Position numbers and translations under genes: made by a program. 52,999 bases of DNA from Eledone cirrhosa (taxonomy: Eukaryota): the NCBI GenBank assembly GCA_964016885.1, contig CAXHJY010001664.1:1-52999 (forward strand). The letters are read 5' to 3'. The notes under the pieces are model-generated. The model was not told where the DNA came from. It did no database searches and saw only the letters and a list, made by a program, of their open reading frames with translations. Shown here in pieces: positions 1 to 14,135 of this stretch; position 1 is the stretch's first letter, and every line of letters begins with the position of its first letter.

Positions 1-45
1 ACAATCATACACACCCGTGTATATTTACCTATCTATATCTATATA

Positions 46-166
<121 letters not shown>

Positions 167-436
167 ATAAGTAAATATATATAGATACACATAGTAATAA
201 ACTTAAGAAAATTAAGAGAGAGGACAAGGCAAAACAATTGTTTTTTAAGTAATAAAAATACGAACGAAAGAAAGACACAGAACTCCAGGGTCATCAGCCG
301 TTGAGCTGGACTTTGGCAGTTTCGACCCCTACCAACGGTACTGCTAGGTCACCCGGCGTCACAGTGTCTGACACAACCCAAACGCTGTCCAGTGGAATAA
401 GAGACGAAGGACAAAACATTAATTTAAATCAATTAA

Positions 437-622
437 GGGTGGATTGGCAGTATCGGTAGAGGGTCGGACGCCATACTTTGACGCATTGAGTTACGGCCCT
501 TGCCCTTCTGAGTTCAAATCCCGCCGAGGTTAACTTTGCCTTTCATCCTTACGGGGTCGATAAAATAAAGTACCAGTAATACACTGGGTAATTGCTGGCC
601 TTGGGCCAAAAGTAGAAACATT
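437..622 (+). mobile_element. tRNA-derived SINE family 1
   Basis: A-box-like TGGCAGTATCGGTA, B-box GTTCAAATCC, central GCCTTTCATCCTTACGGGGTCGATAAAATAAAGTACCAG (resembles the Meta/MESC SINE domain from memory; needs checking). More than 12 copies in the window. Confidence 0.85.
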
Positions 623-736
623 AATTAAGCAATAATAAGTACACATAGAATTTGTGAAATGACAGGACCAGATCGATACAGATCGAGTCTTGAGCTGATC
701 AATCATGAAACGTGCGTCACACCTCAATAAATGGAA

Positions 737-772
<36 letters not shown>

Positions 773-797
773 ACCGGATACATATATATAAATGGAT

Positions 798-834
<37 letters not shown>

Positions 835-1299
835 TATATAAATGGTCACACACACCACCACCCCCACCACCTCCGAGACACCGATGGCAGTGGCTGGAGA
901 ATCGCCGCTACTTCCGACGAGTACTCCACATATTTTTGTGTACTTCCGGATAAGGAAACTACGGAAGCGCCGGTATTTCATTGTCGGAGACGCTCAACAA
1001 AACCGGATCCCCGCTAAAGAATGTCCTCCATCTGTTGTTGTTTTTCTTGGTGGGGGGGGGGGGGTTCCGGCCAATAGGATCACTAACCTGCACTGGAAGG
1101 AGAGAACGCCCCCCCCCCCCCCCACACACACACACTCACACACTCACACACACACAGATATCCAAATCTTTACTAACGATTGATGATATGGTATGTATGT
1201 CACATTGTAAGCAGTGACGGATTTATCAGGGAGCTGTGAGGACGACTACACCAACCCGCGCACTAAACAAACCCACTCCCTTCCCGACCAGGAACCCTT

Positions 1300-1371
<72 letters not shown>

Positions 1372-1506
1372 TGCTGATGTATATATATACGTATGTCGAC
1401 TGAATACGTAAGTGTATGTTTTTAACTCACCAATTTTTTCTCACTTTCCCCCGTTCTTTCCTCTCATCACTCTTTACTTTCTATTTATCTTCTATTTCTA
1501 ACTCTA

Positions 1507-1542
1507 TCTTCTGATGAAGGACTAGTGTCCGAAACGTTAAGA
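1507..1542 (+). ncRNA. Minimal type I hammerhead ribozyme motif (family B)
   Basis: TCTT-CTGATGA-AGGAC tagt GTCC-GAA-ACGT-T-AAGA: 4-bp stem I, stem II GGAC/GTCC, and a palindromic minimal stem III of the Penelope-like dimerising type. Confidence 0.7.
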
Positions 1543-1675
1543 CTCTCTTTCTGCTATTTCAAGCATTAAACTAATATATTTCTTCCATTATTTTTATTAG
1601 CTGAATCAGTAGATTCGTGGTTTGCGGAGGAAGGTACCAATATCACTCCTTTATGGTATAGCAGAGAGTATATAT

Positions 1676-1893
1676 TTGGCAGAATCGCTAGAGCGTCGGA
1701 CACCATGCTTTGTAGCATAGAGTTATGGCCCTTTGCGTTCTGAATTCAAATCCTGCAGAGGTTAACTTTGCCTTTCATCCTTACGGGGTCGGTCGATAAA
1801 ATAAAGTACCAGTAATGCACTGGGGTCGATTTAACAGACTTTGCCCTTCCCTACAAACAAAATTGCTGGCCTTGTGCCTTAATAAGAAACCAT
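1676..1893 (+). mobile_element. SINE family 1 (longer-tail variant)
   Basis: Homologous to 437-622. Confidence 0.8.
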
Positions 1894-2433
1894 TATGAAG
1901 AACAAAACAAGTTTTCGCATTTAGGTTTTTAATTGAATATGCACAGATGGGTGGTGGCTCGGGGTCCATGTTAATGTTATAGACCCGACACCTGAGCCAA
2001 TTTGCTCATCAGACTGGTTAATCAGGCATAACTAAAATATCATCATATTACAATGACTTGGATCTTGAGCCACCCATCTGTGAGACGCACGTAACTGTGC
2101 ATAAATATTTAAAAACCTCAATGTGAAACCTCGTGTATATATATATATGTATATATATATGTCCAAGTTTTCACTATATATATATATATATATATGTGTG
2201 TGTATGTGTGTGTGTGTATACACGATCATAATCGTGTGAGAACTTGTTCTTCAGAGAGGGGAAATATAGGGATGTATAATGTATATGGTATGTATGCACG
2301 TTATTGCAGATTTACACACACACATATATATATATATATATGATATATATACATATATATACATATATATATATAGAATATATATATATGATATATATAC
2401 ATATATATATACATAAAAATATATGATATATAT

Positions 2434-2480
<47 letters not shown>

Positions 2481-2634
2481 ATATACACACACACATATAT
2501 ATATATATATGTCTTTAGAACATACTGATATATACACCGCGATTTAATGATTTAATGATCATCAGCAGCAGGTAGCTCTCTAACATGAATTGACATGAAA
2601 CTAGTCTTCAATGAAGGATGTGTTTAACATCCAA

Positions 2635-2698
<64 letters not shown>

Positions 2699-2961
2699 GA
2701 AAACGAACCTGTATATATATATATATATGTAGGAGGTGAGTTTTATTGTAGCACAATAAAGCAATGCAAATATCGGATAAGTAGCACTCAACAGTTTATT
2801 GGACTGGGGTATATATAAGAAGAAATTAAGAGATGGTTAAAAAAGTTCCATGTATTTTATTATGCGCATTTCAAAAACAAATATCATCCAGGGACGATAT
2901 ATGTTGTTTAGACACTACCTTGCTCACAAGTGTCTTTTTTAAGCTTCATATCATGTCTCCC

Positions 2962-3032
2962 TATTTTATCTGATGAGAACGCAAATATCGTCCCTGGATG
3001 ATATTTGTTTTTGAAATGCGCATAATAAAATA
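2962..3032 (+). ncRNA. Type I hammerhead ribozyme motif (family C)
   Basis: Stem I TATTTTAT/ATAAAATA, core CTGATGA at 2970-2976, long stem II (CAAATATCGTCC/GGATGATATTTG), GAA, palindromic stem III ATGCGCAT. Predicted cleavage after A3024. Confidence 0.8.
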
Positions 3033-3068
3033 CATGGAACTTTTTTAACCATCTTTTAATTTCTTCTT

Positions 3069-3111
<43 letters not shown>

Positions 3112-3134
3112 ATATATATATATATAATTACAAC

Positions 3135-3280
3135 AGTGACATAAACAAGTACTCAAGTTTCTGGGGCCCCCAATTTCTTCAGCCTGTCGTGAGAAGAATA
3201 TTTTTTTTATTTTTCTCATGACAGGCTGAACAAGTTGGGACCCAGAAAACCAACGAAACTTGAGTATTTATTATCATTAT
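3135..3280. mobile_element. Inverted pair of degenerate hammerhead motifs (family F)
   Basis: The minus arm keeps GACAGG-CTGAAGA...GAA-ACTTGAGT-A-CTTGTT but has a deleted stem II. The plus arm keeps stem II GTTGG/CCAAC but has the mutated core CTGAACA. Flanked by (TA)n. Confidence 0.55.
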
Positions 3281-3368
3281 ATATATATAAGTTTATCCCG
3301 GGTTCAATCGGGGGTTATCACAGAAAGTAAGGTACTCAATACATAGCAGAGTTTAATATAGAAAAGGC

Positions 3369-3410
3369 TTCTACAGGACTAGAAATGTTTCATTCGGGAG
3401 AAATCATCAG

Positions 3411-3413
<3 letters not shown>
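3369..3413 (-). ncRNA. Hammerhead motif family A (stem I truncated by TA tract, one stem III mismatch)
   Basis: Minus strand reads TTC-CTGATGA-TTTCTCCCGAAT-GAA-ACAT ttctagtc CTGT-A-GAA. Confidence 0.6.
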
Positions 3414-3466
<53 letters not shown>

Positions 3467-3645
3467 AAGGAGGTGTGGTAAGGAACCAGATGGACCATAA
3501 CGCACCAGAGTACTCAATACTTAGGGCAGTAGAGTAGGAAATAGGAAAATGTTTGACTCCGACGACAGAGCTCAAGCCGTTTCGACGGTGTGCTCTGCCA
3601 TCGGGGTCAAACATTTTCCTATATATATATATATATATATATTCA

Positions 3646-3756
<111 letters not shown>

Positions 3757-3964
3757 TGTATGGCTACATGCTGGAGGCACGCTCCAGTGAATGTGTGTGA
3801 GAGATAAACGTGAGACAGAAGCAACAGAAGGAAAGTGTGACAAAAGAATCTTAGGTGGGGGCGGTGTCAGATTTCCCTTGGTAGTAGTAGTAGTAGTAGT
3901 AGTAGTAGTAACAGTAGTAGTAGTGGCGGTGGTGGTGGTTTTCGATTAGCCTTCTAGTTTCTAT

Positions 3965-4235
<271 letters not shown>

Positions 4236-4381
4236 AATTGCTTCTACAGAACTAGAACAGTTTCATATTCAAAATATTTCTTTCAAATGAAACAGTTCTA
4301 GTCCTGTAGAAGCCATTTCTATATTAAATATGATCTTTACACTCTACTAATGTATTGAGTACTTTACTAACTTTGGTTACC

Positions 4382-4415
<34 letters not shown>

Positions 4416-4511
4416 ACTGTGTCTACTCTGGAATTTTACATTACGTATTGAGTACTCTGAGGTTCAACCGGTACCAGCAGTGAAACCCATGCTAGTCCCA
4501 TCAACTTATTT

Positions 4512-4571
<60 letters not shown>

Positions 4572-4576
4572 CGCGC

Positions 4577-4651
<75 letters not shown>

Positions 4652-4729
4652 TGTGTGTGTGTGTTAGGATCAAGCAGCCGAAACGGCCGGAGCTCATCGT
4701 TGGGGTCATGAACCTTTTCATATATACAT

Positions 4730-4793
<64 letters not shown>

Positions 4794-4842
4794 CAATATA
4801 TATATATATATATACATACAATATATATATATATATATACAT

Positions 4843-4919
<77 letters not shown>

Positions 4920-5142
4920 ACAAAGAAAGTGTTGTAAGGAACTAGGTGGACATACTCGATACTTAGGGTAGTAGAGTGGTTTAGTTCGGATCTAGCTGTC
5001 GAAAGGGCCGGACCTCAGTTTCGGGGTCCTTACTCTTTTCCTATATGCACATGTATATACGTTATTCCGGGTTGAATCGGAGGTAACCACAGTAAGTAAG
5101 GTACTCAATACATAGCAGAGTATAAAAGTTTTAATATAGATG

Positions 5143-5193
5143 AGATTCTACAGGACTAGAACTGTTTCATTCTTTAGAAATCATCAGGAATCT
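5143..5193 (-). ncRNA. Type I hammerhead ribozyme motif family A
   Basis: Minus strand reads AGATTC-CTGATGA-TTTCTAAAGAAT-GAA-ACAG ttctagtc CTGT-A-GAATCT. The element (about 5058-5193) is near-identical to 42961-43095. Confidence 0.8.
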
Positions 5194-5325
5194 GGGTATC
5201 AAAAAATAAAAATGGTATTTATAGGTCTCTACAAGTGGTAGGAGAGGGTAGGGAGTGGGATGGGTGTAGGTCATTGGTTGATAGAAAAGGGAATATATAT
5301 ATATATGCATGTATGTAGACATACA

Positions 5326-5361
<36 letters not shown>

Positions 5362-5524
5362 TGTATGTAGACATACATGCATATATATATATATATATAT
5401 GCATGTATGTAGACATACATGCAATAAAGGAATAAATACCCTAAATTTATCTTTAAACTAGTGGCGTGCAGTGTTGAAAAGTCGTGTAAACTTTGCTAGA
5501 TATAGCTCAACCTAGCTATCCTGG

Positions 5525-6204
5525 GAACCACCACCAACACCACACCCTCCACCACAGCCACTACTACCGCTACTACCACCACCACCAACACCACACCCTC
5601 CACCACAGCCACTACTACCGCTACTACCACCACACTACCACCACCACCACACCCACCACCACAACAACAACTACCACAACTACCACTACCGTCACCGCAG
5701 CCACCACTATCAGTACTACTACAATCACCACCAACACCATACCACACCCATCAGCACGACAGCTACGGCCACCACCACCACCACCACCACCACCGCCGCC
5801 GCCAACACCACTACCACTACAACCACTACAACCACTACCGCCACTACCACCACTACCGCCGCCACCACCACCACCACCACGACAACAACCCCTATCATTA
5901 CAGCTACTACTACGACGATCACCACCATCATCACCGCCACCATCGTCACCGACGCCACAACCACCACCTCCACCGCCACTACCGCCACTACCACCGCTAC
6001 CACCACCACCACCACTACAACAACCCCTATCATTACAGCTACCACTATACGACGAACACCACCACCGTCACCACCACCACCACCATCGCCACCACCACCT
6101 CCGCCACCACTACAACAACCCCTATCATTACAGCTACCACTATACGACGAACACCACCACCGTCACCACCACCTCCACCGCCACCACCACCACCACTACA
6201 GCCA

Positions 6205-6239
<35 letters not shown>

Positions 6240-6340
6240 AGCACCACCTCCACCGCCACTACCATTACAACCACCGCCACCGCCAGTACCACTACAACCA
6301 CCACTGCCGCTGCTTCTAAACTTCTACTACAACAACCACT
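5525..6340. repeat. (ACC/ACT)n degenerate trinucleotide repeat
   Basis: Recurring ACAACAACCCCTATCATTACAGCTAC block within ACC triplets. Confidence 0.9.
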
Positions 6341-6804
6341 GTCACGAACAGAGAAAGAGATACAGAAACAGGAGAGATAGAGGAGGTGGGAGAGGTAACC
6401 CAACCCTCAAAAAAAAAAAGCTCAAGCAGGCAGGCAGTCAGGCAGTCAGGCAAAGTAGGCTTGACAAGCAGGTGGGGGTAAGTTGGTTGTATATTGTAAA
6501 GACAAGGAAGGGTAGAAAACACACAGAGCTCACAAACGACCGACCGACCACAGCCAACTTTTTATCACATAGCATAGCAGGACTGCTAAAACACATCGTT
6601 ATTTCTGTACTGCTGGGCCGTGGTTTTATAACCCAACTCTCTCGTGTCTATTGCTGCCCAGCCACACACACACATATATATATACACACATATATACATA
6701 CATATATACATATATATATGTATGTATGTATATATGTATGTATGTATGTACGTATAAAGTGAAAACATGGGCTTACTAGTCTAAACTGGTAACTCTTATA
6801 TATT

Positions 6805-6858
<54 letters not shown>

Positions 6859-6897
6859 TATATGCGTGTGTGTATATATGTATTTATATATAAATAG

Positions 6898-6935
<38 letters not shown>

Positions 6936-7658
6936 GAGTGTATATATAAATATATATATATATGTGTGTGTGTGTGTTTAGCAGAGAGTGCAGTGTGATG
7001 ATCAAGCATGTGGTTGTCGCTGGGGTTGCTTACTTTATGGATCTGACGATGACGACGGCTTGTGATTTTGGTACTTCGCTTTGAAGGTGGATTTCAACAG
7101 ACATATGTTTTAAGGACAGATAGCCGAAAGCTGAACACACGTAGGTCCTGAATAACAAAGAACGGGGACGCACAACCAGATCCTCGCTGTTTCAAGTTCC
7201 AGTAGTCACCAAGGTTTTTATTTAGTAGTAACCAGCAGGACCTAGTGTCACAGTACAACAGCTATTGCTTGGCATTCCTTCACATTATCACAACAAATAA
7301 CTGGCACGGTGAACCCACCCGACAGACCCGATTGCAGGCGTGTCGTTTACTGATTGATCGATATCGATAGATCGATATCAATTATTTCCAAATGTTACCG
7401 GTGGATTTTAATCGTTTGGATTAGACTGTAACCAGACTTTAACCAACGCAACAACAACAATATTTATAATCATCATCATCACAAACAATAACACAACACC
7501 ACAACAATTTCAGCTTTTGGTCCTCCTTGAATTTGTATAGATTTCACTTAATTCCCCGAATTTGCTTCTTAAGTTCTTTTATTTTTCTTCCCCCGCTGCC
7601 TCTTTATATATATATATATATATATATAATATTATATTTTTTATATACATACATATTT

Positions 7659-7723
<65 letters not shown>

Positions 7724-8342
7724 TATATTATATTTTATTTTTATATATATATAGACAGACAGATAGATAGACACATATTTATATAACACACCCACACACA
7801 AAAAATATACAAACACATTCACACGCAAACACACATACACAAACACACTCACACACCGGCAAACCAACAACAGGCCTCAACACGGAAACCAGTTGTTTGT
7901 TGTATGCAAAACATCGCCCTGTCGTCCGTTACTGCCGGAAATTCAAGTGAATTATAGTTGCTCTTATCAATAATAATTATAATGATTTCTTTATTAGCCA
8001 CACAGGACTCACATTAAGAACACATTCAAGACGGTACAGGACGATACAGTGTAGATTTTTTTTTGTGTGTGTGTAAAATATAATTTATAAGAGATTAAGA
8101 ACATAAACACTAAAAAAAACAACAAATTCGTTAAAGGTGAGGAAACTCCAAGGATTACACGTGGAGAAAGCCCTAACCATAATGATTTCTTTATTGACCA
8201 CTAGGACCCACATATAGGGGACAATACAAGTGGCCGATTATAATAATAATTATTATTATTAGTAGTAGTAGTTATTTATATATTTATATAAAGCACCATC
8301 AACCTGAGTGACAATTGTTCTGATAGGATTTCGTGTTAAACT

Positions 8343-8461
8343 ATGAATCTAGTGAAGGATTATCACTGTCTGTTATTACAATGTTGTGTAGTGTTACTTC
8401 CCCTTCTTGGATTTGTTCTGGGTTCTACCAACTGTGCTGCAACTTGTCACTGTTCCATCAG
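8343..8461 (+). CDS. METRNL: Meteorin-family secreted protein, coding exon 1 (signal peptide + CxxxCxC)
   Basis: ATG at 8343 opens MNLVKDYHCLLLQCCVVLLPLLGFVLGSTNCAATCHCSI, a hydrophobic signal-peptide-like stretch. It ends at AG|gtacgt (phase 2), matching the phase-2 acceptor at 35566 (AG+T = Ser). The link across a 27-kb intron is inferred, and orthology to METRN versus METRNL cannot be resolved. Confidence 0.75.
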
Positions 8462-8984
8462 GTACGTCAAACAACTCTTTCACTTTACCATTTACTTTCG
8501 TTTTGTTTACGTTTTTTTTTTCGTTCTTTTTTTTTTTTTGCCTGATCCTGCCGGATCAGTTGGAGATGGGTGCTTCTAACAGGAGACACTGGAAGGAGCG
8601 CTTGAGGACCTCTCCCCCCCCCCCCCCCCCGGAGCCCTCTTTTTTTTCTTTTCTCCTTATCGTTATAGATTGATTTAAATTCATATAAAAGATATACGAT
8701 CACGAATACAAGCGGCCGAAATGGGGGTTCCTCCGAAGTGTCCTTAGAGTAACGTTACTCGATAGAGTGTAACTCGGAGATCAGAGAGTCACTCCAGGTA
8801 GAAACACTACTGCTCCGAATTGTGAGATCACAGCTACCTAAATACAAAGTAAAAACCTACTACAGTCAGTAGGCATCTCTATCAAAACACACCGCCGTCC
8901 CACCACCTCCACCCCATCCACACCGCCCCTTTCAATGTAAAGTTATGTTGGTCCCACAACATCCAGGCCGAAACAAATGAGATC

Positions 8985-9402
<418 letters not shown>

Positions 9403-9830
9403 CGTGTGTGTGTGTGTCCGACCCTCTCAAAAATAAGTGGGCGAAGAAGATATATGTATATATCAGGGGCGATGGAAGCATTTCTGAATTTGAGGTGTGA
9501 GGAAATTTGGTCAATTTAGTTGTAGTGATAGTAGTTTAGGATCTTTGCACTCTAAAATGGTCAGAAAACTTCGAAATACGATAAACATAACATGTACATA
9601 GATTGCAGCGCATATACAAATAGATGTGTGTTTTGGTAGTTTGGGGAGAAAATATATAATTATTAGCCATTTCTATATTAAATTTGTTATATATATATAT
9701 CTATATAAATATATATACAAGAAACGAAGCAGGCTGTGTGGTTACTGTAAACAAAGTTTAAGATGGTAATATGGACGAAACAAGAGAAGAAATATATATA
9801 TATATATACATGTATACATATATATATATA

Positions 9831-9893
<63 letters not shown>

Positions 9894-10061
9894 TTAAAGT
9901 AAACAGAACAAAAAACAGAAAAACGAAGAGGCAGTACAAATGTTATACACGCGCGTACTCAAAGCCAGCTCCCTTCTTCCGTGTCTGTTAATAGAAATAT
10001 CCCTCTCTCCTCATTCTCACATCACACCACAAACTCTTTTGTTTATATTTCCTCCATCACT

Positions 10062-10145
<84 letters not shown>

Positions 10146-10270
10146 ATTTATCTAGCTATCTCTTCTATTTTCCTCGCACTCGATTCTTTTGTCTGTATTC
10201 TTATATAATTCTTCAACTGGTGTCACTGAACTCTTGTTATAAATATATATATATATATATATGCGCGCGC

Positions 10271-10311
<41 letters not shown>

Positions 10312-10503
10312 TGTGTGTGTGCAGTTCTTCGGATAGATCTACCTGTAATTCCAACCATGTATATGTATGTATGTATGTATATGTGTACGTATTATATAGA
10401 TATGTATGTAAAAATCTATATATGTATATATGTATACATCTATATATGTATTTATATATGTATGTATACAGTTATATATGTATGTAAATATGTACGTATG
10501 TAT

Positions 10504-10535
<32 letters not shown>

Positions 10536-11170
10536 TGTGTGTGTGCGTGTGTGTGTGTGTGTATATGAACGTGTGTGTATATATATATCTGTATGCATGT
10601 ATGAGTGTGTATGTATGCATGTGTGTATGTGTGGAGGGGTGCGGTTTATTGACAAACCCTACTTCTTTGAGGCAGCCCCTAAGGAGAGGTCGGTGATCTA
10701 TTGGTCCATGGAATCTTCCCTTCCTCTTGTCCTACCCCTGAGAGGGTCGTGGGGGCAGAGTCCCCAAACACTCTCCTTCCAGTGGGTCCTGTCTCCAACT
10801 GATCCGGCTGGAACCTTCTCCAACTGATCCAGCTGGTTCCCACAACTGGTACCAGCCAAGCTCATGTATGTTATCCAACCATTTTGCCCTGGGTCTAACC
10901 CTGGGTCTCCTACCGGTTAGTTTTGGCCGTATAATCTGTCCAGCGATTCTTTGTGTGTTTGTGTGTGGAATCTTCCCGCCATTGGAAATGACATGGTCGG
11001 TAAACATGACGGCTATAATAAAGTCCTTCGAAGATCTGACTATATTGACAGTTGTTCCATCTTATTGTAGCTAAACGTGTTGTGTATTAACACCACCTGG
11101 GTAGTTCTAGGGATTGCACACAAGTTGCACAACATAGACAGACACATGCGGATCGGAATTCGCTGATACT

Positions 11171-11686
11171 GCATGTCTGCTCTTCAAAGAAAGTATGGGA
11201 GCTATCACATCTAAGTTTGCATGTCTGATCTTCAAAGAAATATGGGAGCTATCTCGTCTAAGTTTGCTTGACCATCCTTCAAAGAAATGTGGGAGCTATC
11301 ACATATAAGTTTGCATGTCTGATCTTCAAAGAAATATGGGAGCTATCACATCTAAGTTTGCATGTCTGATCTTCAAAGAAATATGGTAGCTATCACATCT
11401 AAGTTTGCTTGACCATCCTTCAAAGAAATGTGGGAGCTATCACATAAGTTTGCATGTCTGATCTTCAAAGAAATGTGGGAGCTATTACATCTAAGTTTGG
11501 ATGTCTGATCTTCAAAGAAATATAGGAGCTATTACATCTAAGTTTGCATGTCTGATCTTCAAAGAAATATAGGAGCTATCACATCTAAGTTTGCCTGTCC
11601 ACTCTTCAAAGAAATATGGGAGCTATCACAATTAAGTTTGCATGTCTGATCTTCAAAGAAAATATGGGGGTAGCCACATCTAAGTT
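11171..11686. repeat. 47-bp minisatellite (~11 units)
   Basis: Unit GCATGTCTGATCTTCAAAGAAATATGGGAGCTATCACATCTAAGTTT. Confidence 0.92.
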
Positions 11687-11887
11687 AACCCCCACAACAA
11701 CATACTATTATATATTTACAGCGAAGGAGACACTCACGATGTTGTGAATTGCTGACCAAACTAATAGCGAAAGTTTTGCATGTTTACTGAACCAAACAGT
11801 TAGACATTTCCTTCGTTGTTACTCATACAAAGAACTTCACTATCTGTCCATATCGCTAGTTTATATTTTCCACAAACGTTTTCTGAC

Positions 11888-12072
11888 TTCCCCAATCATT
11901 TTCACTCACTCACGAGTTCCCAATCATTCTCTCTCACTCACTCACGAGTTCCCAATCATTCTCTCTCACTCACTCACGAGTTCCCAATCATTTTCACTCA
12001 CTCACTCACGAGTTCCCAATCATTCTCTCTCACTCACTCACGAGTTCCCAATCATTCTCACTCACTCACGAG
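11888..12072. repeat. ~28-36-bp minisatellite
   Basis: TTCCCAATCATT(CT)n(CACT)nCACGAG, about 6 units. Confidence 0.9.
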
Positions 12073-13237
12073 TCTAGTTTCCCCGATCTAATGAATAGTA
12101 CTCTTTTCATTTGTCTCGATCTAGCATTATCACTCCAAGATCCATTAAATTTCTTCCCGTGTCAGCACATAGCATATCCAGATACGATATTGCAGGATTA
12201 CCTCTACCTCTATGACCGTGCGCAGGCCTCCATAAAAGAACACAGCACTCGTTTTTTGCCCCCCGACAATGTCCCAATCATTAAGTTATTTATTTCACAG
12301 CTATAATCCTATAGGAATGTAAATTTAAATGAAGGCGCAATATTTTTCGCCACACTACAATCTGAAACACCTAAGAGCAGTGTTATGTTTTGATGCGGAA
12401 TGACAAGGTCTGTTCAGTACAGCCTACCTACATATACCTACCAACCAATCTACCGACATACCTATCTATCTGCCTACCTATCTATCTACCTACCAATCTA
12501 CCTACCTATATATCTATCTACCTATCTACCTACCTAACGGCCTCAAAACTCCTTAATATTTCAATAGTTCTTTTCTTTTTTCTTCCTATTTTTCTCTATC
12601 TTATTCCTTTCAAAAATAATGGTTTGTGATTTAGGTACAAGGCCAACAACGTTAGTGGTACTTTCTTTATTTTATCGACTCCGTAAGGATGAAAAGCAAA
12701 GCTAACCTCGGTGGGATTTGAACTCAGAACGTACCAATAATGGCGTCTATCTTTTTTTTTTTTTTATTAATTTTGTAAAGCAGTTTAAATCTTTATTTTG
12801 GCCTTAACTAACAGTATTGTTTTTAAGTAGAAGGAATTGAATAAATGATGACAATCTATTTAAAAACTCGAGAAAAATGTTCACAGAAATAATTCAAATA
12901 TTTGGTAGTATCTTTTTTTTTTTTGGGGGGGGGGGGGGGGGGTCTTTTTTCAATGTTTGGTTAATCAAGTTGGGTTTTCTAACTATAACAATATCTTCTT
13001 TTGATAAAGCATTTCTCAATGACGGCCGACATTAAAACGCAAACCAAATGTACCATTAAAAGAAAAAACGTCTCGACCAGGGAGGCACAAACTCCTTGGT
13101 TACAAGTTCCACTACCAAAATAGCGTCATCTGAGATGCTTAACGTCTTCGAACACGTGATACCCACCCACATACCTGTCAGTCAAATTACCGCCATTTTA
13201 AAAGTCATCAGGTTTCTCTGTTGAACTCTGTATGTAT

Positions 13238-13305
<68 letters not shown>

Positions 13306-13348
13306 TATACAGTCATATATATTTATATATGTCGATATGACAGAGATG

Positions 13349-13381
<33 letters not shown>

Positions 13382-13682
13382 CTGTCTCTTATATATACAA
13401 AAGAAAGAGTATAACAGGTAGTTTAATAGTCAGTAGTTTTTGTCCTTTTAAAGGTGGTATTGAAACATAGTTGGGCAGTCGAATAAAAAGTTTTGGGTGT
13501 TAAAATTGTAGAATATTTCATATGACAAGGTTTTTCTTTTTTTAATTTTATTTTTGACATCATGCATGCTTTTGTTATATTGTATCTAGTAGAGTGCGGT
13601 CCCGTCGCCAAGGGCGAGCAGAGGAGAGGGGTGGGTCACGACCCCCACTCACACACCTACTCACCCCACACACATACTTTTC

Positions 13683-14052
13683 AGTGGTGGGCCTTTTGAT
13701 TTGGAGAATAGAGTTTATAAAAAGATGTGTTGTGTTCGATTCCTGGACTAGATTGTGTGTTGTGTTCTTGAGCAAAACATTTCATTTCACGTTATTCCAG
13801 TGGTAAGGGTGTTGGACTTACGGCCATAATGTCATGTGTTTGATTCTAGGACTGGGTTGTGTGTTGTGTTCTTGAGCAAAAGGCTTCATTTCACGTTGCT
13901 CCAGTATTCTCAGTTGGAGGTTTAACCCTGTAATGGACTGGTATCCTATCCAGGGGGGAGGGAGTCTTGAACACTCAGTCACTTAATGCCAGGGAAATTG
14001 GGAACAACACCGGCCTTTTGAGCTTCCGGGTTCGAGACAGACTTTAGACTTC
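13683..14052 (+). mobile_element. tRNA-derived SINE family 2 (CORE-like), duplicated head
   Basis: B-box-like GTTCGATTCC and TGTGTTCTTGAGCAAAACATTTCATTTCACGTT present twice; tail ...CGAGACAGACTTTAGACTT. Confidence 0.75.
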
Positions 14053-14135
14053 AGACATTAGGAAGGGTGCTGTATCCGTATGATGTTAACTTCCCTTGAG
14101 AGGTTCTAGGGATATGACGACAAACTACGAAAGAT

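Noticed and set aside
285-335. Minus-strand GGGGTC-GAAAC...CTGATGA-CCC, a possible permuted hammerhead
   Set aside because: Pairing would consume core nucleotides, and no consistent stem I, stem III or NUH site can be drawn.
437-530. tRNA gene
   Set aside because: A/B-box-like motifs are the head of a multi-copy SINE; no cloverleaf can be drawn.
7352-7382. DRE-like TATCGATA within an ATCGAT-rich palindromic patch
   Set aside because: A single short motif in low-complexity context, with no independent support for promoter function.
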